Below are positions 1 through 7,846 of a stretch of 64,000 nucleotides of DNA, one piece after another (positions within the stretch are counted from its first letter, which is position 1; the number at the start of each line of letters is the position of its first letter). The stretch spans positions 896,001 through 960,000 of the forward strand of contig CAXXDN010000002.1 of NCBI GenBank assembly GCA_963667465.2, in the 5' to 3' direction. The stretch comes from Dehalococcoidia bacterium. GTDB lineage: Bacteria > Chloroflexota > Dehalococcoidia > UBA2979. The notes under the pieces were generated by a model. The model searched no databases and was not told where the DNA came from. It saw only the letters and a program-made list of their open reading frames with translations. A program made the position numbers and the translations under genes.

Positions 1-307
1 CGTACTCGCCCTTCGGGATCACTCCCTCGAAGGAGGCGTAGCCGAGCGGGTGGTCCTCGGTCTGGATCGCCAGCCGCCGCTCGCTCGGGTCGAGCGAGGG
101 CCCGCGCGGCACCGGCCACGAGGGCATCGCGCCGCCGACTTCGAGGCGCAGGTCGTAATGCATACGCGTCGCGCGGTGCTGCTGCACGACGAAGGTGAGC
201 GGGCCGCCCGCCGAGGGCCGCTGCTCCGGAGGCGGCTCGGGCGTCTTCTCGAAGTCGCGCTTCGCCTCGTACTCATCGAGGGAGCGCGTGGGCTTGCGAG
301 TTGGCAT
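1..307 (-). CDS. ligD: NHEJ DNA ligase D, N-terminal 3'-phosphoesterase domain (runs off the left edge; absent from the ORF track)
   Basis: ATG at 307 reads MPTRKPTRSLDEYEAKRDFEKTPEP...FVVQQHRATRMHYDLRLEVGGAMPSWPVPRGPSLDPSERRLAIQTEDHPLGYASFEGVIPKGEY, the LigD PE motifs; lies directly downstream of ku. Confidence 0.93.
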   Translation of the reverse strand, partial: MPTRKPTRSLDEYEAKRDFEKTPEPPPEQRPSAGGPLTFVVQQHRATRMHYDLRLEVGGAMPSWPVPRGPSLDPSERRLAIQTEDHPLGYASFEGVIPKGEY

Positions 308-349
308 GGTTGCGGGCCGCTGCTGCTCGCGCCCGGCGGCGGGCGCGGG

Positions 350-1177
350 CTAGCTCGCCTTCGCCTGGGCGGCCGGGGCTGCGGCGGACTCATCGCGCCC
401 GGCAGCGCGCTTCCCGGCGGCCTCGACGCTTGCCCGGAGCGCGGCCATCAGGTCGACGACCTTCGCGGTCTCGGGCGCCTCGGCCTCGACGAGCTCCTGG
501 CCCTCAAGCTTGGCCTCGATGAGCTGCATCAGCGCGTCGCGGTACTCGTCGCGGTAGTCCTCGGGCGCGAACGGGGCCTCGAGCATCTCGATCAGCGTGA
601 GCGCCATCTGCAATTCGTCCTCGGAGACAGCGGTCTCCTCGAACGGCTCGAGCGCGGCGGTGCGGATCTCATCCGGGTAGTAGAGCGTCTCGAGCAGGAC
701 GCGGCCTTCGGCGCCAGGTCGCAGCGCGCAGAGCCGCTCCTTGTTGCGAATCGCGATTTGCGCGACTGCGGTGAGCCCCTTGGCCTCGAGCGCCTTGAGC
801 AGCAGCGCGAACGGCTTTGCGCCGGCCTCGTCGGGTTCGAGGTAGTAGGCACGCTCGTAGAAGACGGGGTCGATCTCATCGAGCTTGACGAACGCCTTGA
901 TCGCGATCGTCTGCTTCGTCGGAAGCGGCAGCTTGTCGAAGTCCTCGTTGTCGAGAATGACGTAGCGGTCCTTGGCGTATTCGTAGCCGCGCACGATCTC
1001 GTCGTAGGGCACCTCACGGTCGAGGTTGGGGTTCCAGCGCAGTTGCTTCACGCGCGAGTGGTCCTCGCGGTGCAGCTGGCGGAAGGAGACGTCCTTACTC
1101 TCGGTGGCGGTGAAGAGGCGCACGGGAATGGCGACCATTCCGAAACTGATCGCGCCTCGCCAGATCGGTCGCGGCAC
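350..1177 (-). CDS. ku: NHEJ Ku protein
   Basis: MPRPIWRGAISFGMVAIPVRLF, YYLEP, YRDEYRDAL and VVDLMAALRASV Ku motifs. Confidence 0.97.
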   Translation of the reverse strand: MPRPIWRGAISFGMVAIPVRLFTATESKDVSFRQLHREDHSRVKQLRWNPNLDREVPYDEIVRGYEYAKDRYVILDNEDFDKLPLPTKQTIAIKAFVKLDEIDPVFYERAYYLEPDEAGAKPFALLLKALEAKGLTAVAQIAIRNKERLCALRPGAEGRVLLETLYYPDEIRTAALEPFEETAVSEDELQMALTLIEMLEAPFAPEDYRDEYRDALMQLIEAKLEGQELVEAEAPETAKVVDLMAALRASVEAAGKRAAGRDESAAAPAAQAKAS

Positions 1178-1248
1178 TGGGGAACTCCGCTCCTCGCTGC
1201 GGCGCTCCGGCGTGCACCGCCCATGCTACTACCTTAGCGCGTTTGTGC

Positions 1249-1290
1249 TCAGCGCGAGGAGCGCGGGATGGCGCGGCGCGGGGTGGGCGC
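1249..1290. repeat. 42-bp direct repeat, copy 1 (duplicate of the lhr 3' end)
   Basis: tcagcgcgaggagcgcgggatggcgcggcgcggggtgggcgc matches 2829-2870 at 41/42 positions. Confidence 0.92.
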
Positions 1291-1302
1291 CGCCGGATGC
1301 AA

Positions 1303-1535
1303 CTACAGGCCGCGGCAGGTGTGCTCGTCACGTCTCGCGACGCGGAGCACCATCAACCGCTGCTCGTCTTCCTGCACCTCGCAGACGACCTGAAACCGGC
1401 CTGTCCTGACGCGCCATACGGCAGCGAACCCCGCGAGCTTCGCGCTGCCCGCGGGGGAGGCCCGATGGCCGGTTCACGGAGCGTATCCCTGCTACGCCGA
1501 GCGTCGTCCGGCGGCAGCCTACCGTCGCGCCTCAT
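1303..1535 (-). pseudogene. Decayed RelE/StbE-type toxin gene
   Basis: RLPPDDARRSRDTLREPAIGPP, then a frameshift at a C-run into PAGSAKLAGFAAVWRVRTGRFQVVCEVQEDEQRLMVLRVARRDEHTCRGL*; matches the RelE pattern KLxG...WRxRxGxxRxxY...xxVxxR with substitutions. Confidence 0.65.
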
Positions 1536-1800
1536 GGATTGGGTGTTGGCCGACTGGCTCCCCTACCTCGGGAGTGCGGTGATCATTGTGGCGGGCATCA
1601 TCGCCGCGACGCTCGGAGTTCCCTGCATCGGCATCGTCGGCGCCGCGCTCGTCGTGTCCATACTGCTGAGTCTGTGGTCGCGCAGGCAGAGGCTCAAGTG
1701 GCAAGAGGAGCACCTCAGCGGGCTGGTGCGCGGTGAGGGGGTGCGACGCATTGTCGCACTAACAGAGGAGGACTACCAAGCCCCTCAGCGATCGGGATAG
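1534..1800 (+). CDS. Small membrane protein (two hydrophobic helices)
   Basis: MDWVLADWLPYLGSAVIIVAGIIAATLGVPCIGIVGAALVVSILLSLWSRRQR; ATG 1534 is in frame with ORF 1243..1800. Confidence 0.5.
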   Translation: MDWVLADWLPYLGSAVIIVAGIIAATLGVPCIGIVGAALVVSILLSLWSRRQRLKWQEEHLSGLVRGEGVRRIVALTEEDYQAPQRSG

Positions 1801-1840
1801 CGAAACCTTGTACCTCGCTGGTGAAGCCGAGCGCCGCGGT

Positions 1841-1870
1841 TCGACAGGCGAGGGGAGCGCCACCTAGAAT
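1841..1870 (+). promoter_or_regulatory. Sigma70-type promoter
   Basis: TCGACA (1841-1846), 18 nt spacer, TAGAAT (1865-1870). Confidence 0.6.
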
Positions 1871-1876
1871 GCGGCG

Positions 1877-2004
1877 GCTCTGGGCAAGAGCGACACATCG
1901 GCACAACTCGCAGGCTGGGGCTCCGTGCCTCCTTGCGGCGTGCTGGTGTGTGCCCTTCTTGCCCAGAGCGGTAGACCCCGCCTGTGCCGCAAGGAGGCTC
2001 CAGC
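1877..2004 (+). ncRNA. Candidate structured 5' leader or small RNA with alternative pairings
   Basis: 1877-1889 pairs perfectly with 1957-1969; 1893-1904 pairs with 1940-1951 (2 G-U); 1927-1939 pairs perfectly with 1986-1998, which contains AAGGAGG. Confidence 0.55.
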
Positions 2005-2631
2005 ATCGCCAGCATCACCGCGCTACTCCAGGGATCGAGGATTGCCGGCAAGCAGTGGATCTGGATCGGGGTGTCCCTCGTCGTGGGGTGCACGCTCGGC
2101 GCGGGCCTGGCGTCGAGCGACGAGGCACCGGCGACAGTGACGCCAGCCGTCGCTACGGCGACCGTGGCGGCGACAGCGACGCCAACGGCTACCCCGGAGC
2201 CGACACCTACCGCCACGCCGACAGAGACGCCCACAGCGCCGCCTGCGGCCGCCCCGGCGACTACGCCAACCCCGAGGACGACGACCACGTCCAGCCCAAC
2301 GCCCACGCCGCCGCCAGCGACGCCCACAGCGACACCGGAGCCCACGCCTGCGGCCACGGCCGAACAGCTGACAGCGGATCAACTCTTCCGCGCGTACTTC
2401 GGGTTGTACCCCCTGGACGGCGTGACGTACGACGAGATGGCGAATGCGGCGCGCGCGATCTGCTCAGACCTCGACAATGGGGCAACCGTTGTGGACGTGC
2501 TGCTTCTGGCCGTCACGCGCTTTATCGATCGGTCCGAGGAATGGATCGGGCGGCTGAGCCTGCTTATCGGCGCGGGCGTCCAGGCGTTCTGCCCGGAGCA
2601 TTCGCCGCAGTTCGAGGCGCTAGGCGACTAG
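1984..2631 (+). CDS. Secreted/membrane-anchored Thr/Pro-rich protein with DUF732-like C-terminal domain
   Basis: Hydrophobic N-segment, long TPTATP linker, then ANAARAICSDLDNG...AGVQAFCPEH (two-Cys pattern typical of DUF732); start uncertain. Confidence 0.65.
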   Translation: MPQGGSSIASITALLQGSRIAGKQWIWIGVSLVVGCTLGAGLASSDEAPATVTPAVATATVAATATPTATPEPTPTATPTETPTAPPAAAPATTPTPRTTTTSSPTPTPPPATPTATPEPTPAATAEQLTADQLFRAYFGLYPLDGVTYDEMANAARAICSDLDNGATVVDVLLLAVTRFIDRSEEWIGRLSLLIGAGVQAFCPEHSPQFEALGD

Positions 2632-2643
2632 GCGACTAGGCGG
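2620..2643 (+). repeat. 8-bp tandem repeat (ctaggcga x3) spanning the stop codon of 1984..2631
   Basis: ctaggcga ctaggcga ctaggcgg. Confidence 0.75.
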
Positions 2644-2828
2644 CCTCTTCGGCGGTGAACTCGCGATAGATCGAGTCCCTGTTCGGCAAGAGAGCCGCTG
2701 CGGAGCTCGAACGGTTGGCCGGTGTGTGTCTCCATGAAGACAGTTCATAAGGGTGGGCGCGGTGTGCCAAGTGTGCAATCACCGACCTGATGGGTGACGA
2801 CCTCCCGAAAGCCGGCGCCCCCGCGCCA

Positions 2829-2870
2829 TCAGCGCGAGGAGCGCGGGATGGCGCGGCGCGGGCTGGGCGC
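2829..2870. repeat. 42-bp direct repeat, copy 2 (lhr 3' end including the stop codon)
   Basis: 41/42 identity with 1249-1290. Confidence 0.92.
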
Positions 2871-5800
2871 GCCCTGCGAGGGGGATCGGGTGGCCTCGGT
2901 GATCGAGGCGAGATCGGCGTCGGGGGCGAGCAGGCCCTCGGCGGGTGGCTCGGCGAGCGCGCCGTCGACGAGCTCGAAGCTGCGGTCCTGCACGGCGGGG
3001 ATGCGCGGGCCGGGGAGGATCACGCCGGTCAGGTTGAGCGGGTCGGCGGCGCTGAGGCGCACGCGCTCGCCCTCGCGTGGGCTGCGGCGCACCGCGCGCA
3101 GCGCCTCCAGGGCCTCCGGGAGCGAGAACTGCTCGCCGGCGAAGCCGCTCACGAAGCGGCCGCCGCGCACGATGCCGCGCGCCTCGAGGCGGCGCAGCGC
3201 GCGCAGCAGGTCGCGCCACGGCACAGTGAAGCTTTCGGCGGCGACCACGTCGCGGAAGACGACGCCGTAGCGACGTAGCAGGAGCTGCGCCAGCTCCTCG
3301 GCGAACTCCTCGCGCTCGGCCGGGTCCGCCTCGGACGCGCGGAGCAGCGCCCAGCGGCCGGCGGGGCCGCCGCCGGCGTAGCGTCCGCTGCCGAGGTAGC
3401 GCCCGCGCCGGGCGCGCCGCGCCGAGCGGCGGGTGAGGTCGCGCAGCCCACGGAAGCCGTCGGAGGCGACGAGGCCAGCGGCGATCAGCTCGCGCAGGCC
3501 CTCCTCGATGTCGCTCGCGAGGCGGCGCGTGCCGCTTGCCAGTTCGTCGAAGAAGAGTGCGCCGCGCTCGCGCAGCAGCGCGAGGACCTCGGCGGCTGCC
3601 CCGGCGGCGGGCTCGCGCGGCAGGCGTCCGTCCGCCCGCGCTGCCGCGAGCAGCATCGCGAGGTCCGCGCGCGAGGCGAGCGTAACCGGCGTCACCTTCG
3701 TCGCGCGGGAGAGGCGTGCGGCCTCGCTGCCGTTCTGCCCGTTCGTTGCCGAGCGCGGCGGGGCGAGGCGTCCCCATGCGATCTCGCCCGCGAGGCACAG
3801 CTCGTCGAGCCACGCCGGTCCGAAATCCTCGACGCGTGCGCGCAGCAGATCGCGCTCCCAGCTCGCGGCGGGCGCCTCGAAACCGCCGATCTGGGCGACG
3901 GCCTGGCGCACACCGCGGCGGCCGGCGAGCTGCGTGCCGGGCGCGACGTGCTGCCAGCGCAGCAGGAAGCGCATGAAGTCCTGCGCGCTGACCGGATCGA
4001 TCTCGCGTCGTAGCCGGTCGAGCGTCTCGCGGTGGATGCGGGCGAGCAGGCGGCGGTCGCAGAACTCGTCCTCGTCGCCCTCGCGGCCGGGCGTGAAGCG
4101 CCCGCGCAACACGAAGCCGCTTGCCTCAACCTGCTGCAGGCCGCGCCCGACGTCCTTCGCCTCCAGCCCGGTGCGCAGCGCAAGCCCGGAGGGCGTGAAC
4201 GGGCCGCGCACCTCGCTGTGCCCGCGCAGCAAGCGCCTGCGCGCCCCCTCGCGGTCCTCGCAGGGCTCGGCGACGCCCTCGGGCAGCGCGGCGGCGGCGG
4301 ACGCGACCGTGGCCGCGGCGTCCGGGTAGAGCAGCGCGACTGCCGGGTGCTGCTCGGCGGCAAACCAGAGCCGCGCGCCGTTCGCCTCGAGGGCCCCCGC
4401 ACGCCCCCGCGCGGCGAGGTCGAGCAGCCAACCCTCCCACTCGGCGGCATCCTGCTCGTGGACGGCAACGAGGCTCATCAGTGCCTCGTGCGTCTCGTCG
4501 GCGTTGCGCGGCTGTGGCCAGGCCTGTGCGGCGACGCGCTCGATCGCGTCGGCGTCGAGCGCGCCGAGGTCGCGCGCCTCGCGTGGCAGCGAGCGGCGCA
4601 GCATCACGGCGCGCGTGCGGCGCTCTTCGAGCGGTGCGTCGTCGAGGAAGGTGTAGGGCTTGCCGTTGATGATCTCGTGCGCCATCGGCGAGGGCTCGGT
4701 GGTGTCGCGCGCGTGCAGCCGGATCTCGCCGTCCTCGATGCGGCGCAGCACCGCCTCGAGGCTGCCGACATCCATCGCCTCGTGGAGGCAGTCGTCCATC
4801 GTCTGGCGCAGCAGCACGTGGTCGGGCATCTCGAGCGGGCCGGTGACGTTCTCCTGGCAGCCGACCTGCTCGGGGAAGGTCGCCGCGAGCAGGTCGTCGG
4901 CGATCATGCGCTGCAGGTAGGGCTGCACCTTCTTGCCGCCGCGCTGCCGAGGCACCGCGAGCGCCCGCGTCGTGTTCCAGCGCCAGCGCGTGGGGAAGAG
5001 CGGGATGTAGAAGCAGGACTGGCGCACGGCCTCCTCGACGTTCCTCGATGTGACGTAGGCAAACGATTCCTCGAGGGGAAAACTGTGCTGCGGTCCGAGC
5101 GAGAGGATCATCCCGTCGTCGTTGGCCGCGGCCTGCAGCTCGAAGTCGAAGCGGACGCAGAAGCGCTTCCGCAGCGCGAGTCCCCAGGCGCGGTTGATCC
5201 TCGATCCGAACGGGGCGTGCACCACGAGCTGCATGCCGCCCGACTCGTCGAAGAAGCGCTCGAAGACGACGTCCGTGTCGGTCGGCACGATGCCGAGGCC
5301 GTCGCGCGTCGCCCGCACGTAGTCGACGAGCTGCTGCGCGCCGGAGCGGTCGACACCGGCCTCCTCGATCAGCGTGTTCAGCAGTGGCTCGACATCGTCG
5401 AGGCCGGCATCGATCTCGCGGCGCAGGCGGCCGACCTCCTCACTCAGCTCGATCGTGCGGCCGGGGCCCTCGCCAAGCCAGAACGGGATCGTCGGTGGCG
5501 CGCCGCGCGCGTCCTCGACGCGCACGGTGCCGTTCTCGATGCGGCGGATGCGCCACGAGGTACTGCCGAGGAGGAAGACGTCCCCCGCCATGCTCTCGAT
5601 CGCCCAGTCCTCGTTGACCGTACCGACGACTGTCTCGTCCGGCTCGGCGACGACACGGTAGTCGCCCAGCTCGGGGATCGTGCCGCCGTTCTGGATGGCG
5701 ACCATCCTCGAGGCGCGGCGGGCGCGCAGCACACCGGCCACGCGGTCGCGGTGCAACAGCGGCCTCGATCCGCCCGCGCCCTCGCCGACGCCGCTCGCGA

Positions 5801-7214
5801 GCATCGCGAGCACCGCGTCGTAGTCCGTGCGGGCGAGTTCCCGGTACGGTGCAGCGCGGCGCACGAGCTCGAACAGCTCGTCCTCGCGCCACTCGCGCGC
5901 GGCGCACTCGGCGACGATCTGCTGCGCCAGCACGTCAAGCGGTGCGACCGGCTGCACGATCTTGTCGAGGCGTCCCGCGCGCACCGCCCTCGTGAGCGCT
6001 GCGCTCTCCACCAGTTCGTCACGCGTGCCGGGGAAGATGCGGCCCCTGGGTTGCACGCCGAGCGCGTGCCCGGAGCGCCCGACGCGCTGCAGGAACGTCG
6101 CGATACTGCGCGGCGAGCCGATCTGACAGACGAGGTCGATCGAGCCGATGTCGATGCCGAGTTCGAGCGAGGCGGTCGCCACCAGCGCGCGCAACTCGCC
6201 GTCCTTGAGCCGCTGCTCCAGCCGCAGCCGCCGCTCCTTGGAGAGGCTGCCGTGGTGGCTCGCGACGTGCTCCTCGCCGACGCGCTGGGCGAGCTGGTGC
6301 GCGACGCGCTCCGAGAGCCGCCGCGTGTTGACGAAGACGAGTGTCGTGCGGTGCTCCGCGATCAGTTCGGCGATGCGCTCGTAGATCTCGCCCCACTGCT
6401 CCGCCGGTGCGATCGCCTCAAGGTCGCTCGGCGGCAACTCGACGGCGAGGTCGAGGTCGCGCTGATGGCCAAGGTCGACGATCGCGCAGTCCGGCTCGCC
6501 GTCGGCGTCGAGCTGGTCCGCGCCCACGAGGAAGCGCGCGATCTCCTCGATCGGCCGCTGCGTCGCGGAGAGCCCGATGCGTGCCGGGCGCTCGCCGCCG
6601 GACTCGGCGACGAGCTGGTCGAGGCGCGCCAGCGTGAGCGCGAGGTGGCTGCCCCGGCGGTCGCGAGCGAGCGCGTGGATCTCGTCGACGATCACGGTGC
6701 GGACGCGCCGCAGGTTCTCGCGGCTGCGCTCGGCGGTGATCATCAGGTAGAGCGACTCGGGCGTGGTGATCAGGATGTGCGGCGGCTTGCGCACCATCGC
6801 CTGCCGCTCGCTCTGCGGCGTGTCGCCGCTGCGCACCGCCGTGCGAATCGGCGGCGGCTCGAGTCCGAGTTCCGAGGCGACCTCGCGGATCTCCTCGAGC
6901 GGGGTCTCGAGGTTGCGCTGGATGTCGTTGCCGAGCGCCTTCAGCGGCGTGACATAGACGATCTCGGTCACGTCCTCGAGCGTGTCGGCCTCTGCCTTAC
7001 GGACGAGGCCGTCGATGCCGGCAAGGAAGGCGGCGAGTGTCTTGCCGGAGCCGGTCGGCGCGCTGATCAGCGTGTCGCGCCCGCTCGCGATGCGCGGCCA
7101 GCCCACCGTCTGCGCGTCGGTCGGCGCCTCGAAGCGCCCTCGGAACCAGGCCGCGACGGCGGGATGGAAGTCGATGCCGCTCGCGATTGGCCTCTCGGCG
7201 GTGGTCATCGGCAC
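2829..7214 (-). CDS. lhr: Lhr-family long ATP-dependent helicase with C-terminal winged-helix/glycosylase-like domains
   Basis: APTGSGKT, TTPESL, DEIH, GLSAT, HHGSLS, SLELGIDIG, QRVGRSGH; C-terminal LLRRYGVVFR...RGGRFVSGFAGEQF...SAADPLNL. Confidence 0.95.
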   Translation of the reverse strand: MPMTTAERPIASGIDFHPAVAAWFRGRFEAPTDAQTVGWPRIASGRDTLISAPTGSGKTLAAFLAGIDGLVRKAEADTLEDVTEIVYVTPLKALGNDIQRNLETPLEEIREVASELGLEPPPIRTAVRSGDTPQSERQAMVRKPPHILITTPESLYLMITAERSRENLRRVRTVIVDEIHALARDRRGSHLALTLARLDQLVAESGGERPARIGLSATQRPIEEIARFLVGADQLDADGEPDCAIVDLGHQRDLDLAVELPPSDLEAIAPAEQWGEIYERIAELIAEHRTTLVFVNTRRLSERVAHQLAQRVGEEHVASHHGSLSKERRLRLEQRLKDGELRALVATASLELGIDIGSIDLVCQIGSPRSIATFLQRVGRSGHALGVQPRGRIFPGTRDELVESAALTRAVRAGRLDKIVQPVAPLDVLAQQIVAECAAREWREDELFELVRRAAPYRELARTDYDAVLAMLASGVGEGAGGSRPLLHRDRVAGVLRARRASRMVAIQNGGTIPELGDYRVVAEPDETVVGTVNEDWAIESMAGDVFLLGSTSWRIRRIENGTVRVEDARGAPPTIPFWLGEGPGRTIELSEEVGRLRREIDAGLDDVEPLLNTLIEEAGVDRSGAQQLVDYVRATRDGLGIVPTDTDVVFERFFDESGGMQLVVHAPFGSRINRAWGLALRKRFCVRFDFELQAAANDDGMILSLGPQHSFPLEESFAYVTSRNVEEAVRQSCFYIPLFPTRWRWNTTRALAVPRQRGGKKVQPYLQRMIADDLLAATFPEQVGCQENVTGPLEMPDHVLLRQTMDDCLHEAMDVGSLEAVLRRIEDGEIRLHARDTTEPSPMAHEIINGKPYTFLDDAPLEERRTRAVMLRRSLPREARDLGALDADAIERVAAQAWPQPRNADETHEALMSLVAVHEQDAAEWEGWLLDLAARGRAGALEANGARLWFAAEQHPAVALLYPDAAATVASAAAALPEGVAEPCEDREGARRRLLRGHSEVRGPFTPSGLALRTGLEAKDVGRGLQQVEASGFVLRGRFTPGREGDEDEFCDRRLLARIHRETLDRLRREIDPVSAQDFMRFLLRWQHVAPGTQLAGRRGVRQAVAQIGGFEAPAASWERDLLRARVEDFGPAWLDELCLAGEIAWGRLAPPRSATNGQNGSEAARLSRATKVTPVTLASRADLAMLLAAARADGRLPREPAAGAAAEVLALLRERGALFFDELASGTRRLASDIEEGLRELIAAGLVASDGFRGLRDLTRRSARRARRGRYLGSGRYAGGGPAGRWALLRASEADPAEREEFAEELAQLLLRRYGVVFRDVVAAESFTVPWRDLLRALRRLEARGIVRGGRFVSGFAGEQFSLPEALEALRAVRRSPREGERVRLSAADPLNLTGVILPGPRIPAVQDRSFELVDGALAEPPAEGLLAPDADLASITEATRSPSQGAPSPRRAIPRSSR

Positions 7215-7216
7215 TC

Positions 7217-7249
7217 CGTCAGCGGTGCTGCGTCAGCGGTGCTGCGTCA
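7217..7249. repeat. 14-bp tandem duplication just upstream of lhr
   Basis: cgtcagcggtgctg cgtcagcggtgctg cgtca. Confidence 0.8.
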
Positions 7250-7261
7250 CTGGCACGACGG

Positions 7262-7275
7262 CGAACAAACGTGCG
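7262..7275. promoter_or_regulatory. Candidate LexA (SOS) box upstream of lhr
   Basis: CGAAC-AAAC-GTGCG, one mismatch from GAAC-N4-GTTC, about 48 nt before the lhr start. Confidence 0.5.
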
Positions 7276-7447
7276 GTGCGCGTCGGTCCAGCCTACGCCT
7301 TGCCTCGCCGCGCCTCAAGCGCCGTACCGATCCGCACGGAGTCCACTCAGTCCCGTGCGAACCTCGAGGTCACGCACCGCCTCATCGTACTCGTGCCGGC
7401 GGCGGCGTTGCCCGCGCTCGCGCGCTGGCCGTACCATGGCGAGGCCA

Positions 7448-7522
7448 GCGGAAGTAGCTCAGTGGTAGAGCGCCTCCTTGCCAAGGAGGAGGTCGCGGGT
7501 TCGACCCCCGTCTTCCGCTCCA
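7448..7522 (+). tRNA. tRNA-Gly(GCC)
   Basis: GCGGAAG/CTTCCGC acceptor stem, CCTCC-TTGCCAA-GGAGG anticodon arm, GGTTCGA T-loop, encoded CCA. Confidence 0.97.
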
Positions 7523-7601
7523 CTCTCACCACCTCGTGCGCACCTGCCGCCGCGCCGCTTGTCGCGTCGCCGTCCTCGCGCGATGCTGGAAGCACGACGC
7601 G

Positions 7602-7689
<88 letters not shown>

Positions 7690-7846
7690 GCAGGCTTCGA
7701 GGAAGCTCTGAGCAGGCGAGTGCGGCGCGCGGCGGCCCTCCGGCCGCTCGCCTCGGTACGGTCCAGTTCCCCTAGAATCGCCCGGTTGCTCTGCAGACCT
7801 GCGCCTGTTGGCAGGCTCGCCGACGAGGGGACACGTAGCGTTGGAG

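Noticed and set aside
2130-2360. Repetitive DNA in the DUF732-like gene
   Set aside because: Explained by an ordinary Thr/Pro/Ala linker
7273-7380. Possible structured RNA between lhr and tRNA-Gly
   Set aside because: Short GC-rich stems are expected at this composition; no family motif or clear promoter/terminator support
4032-7457. 1141-aa plus-strand ORF, and similar long ORFs such as 50..1237, 7772..9502, 11479..13311, 32162..34579 and 59780..61699
   Set aside because: Antisense or alternative-frame shadows of well-supported genes in very high-GC DNA; no recognisable motifs
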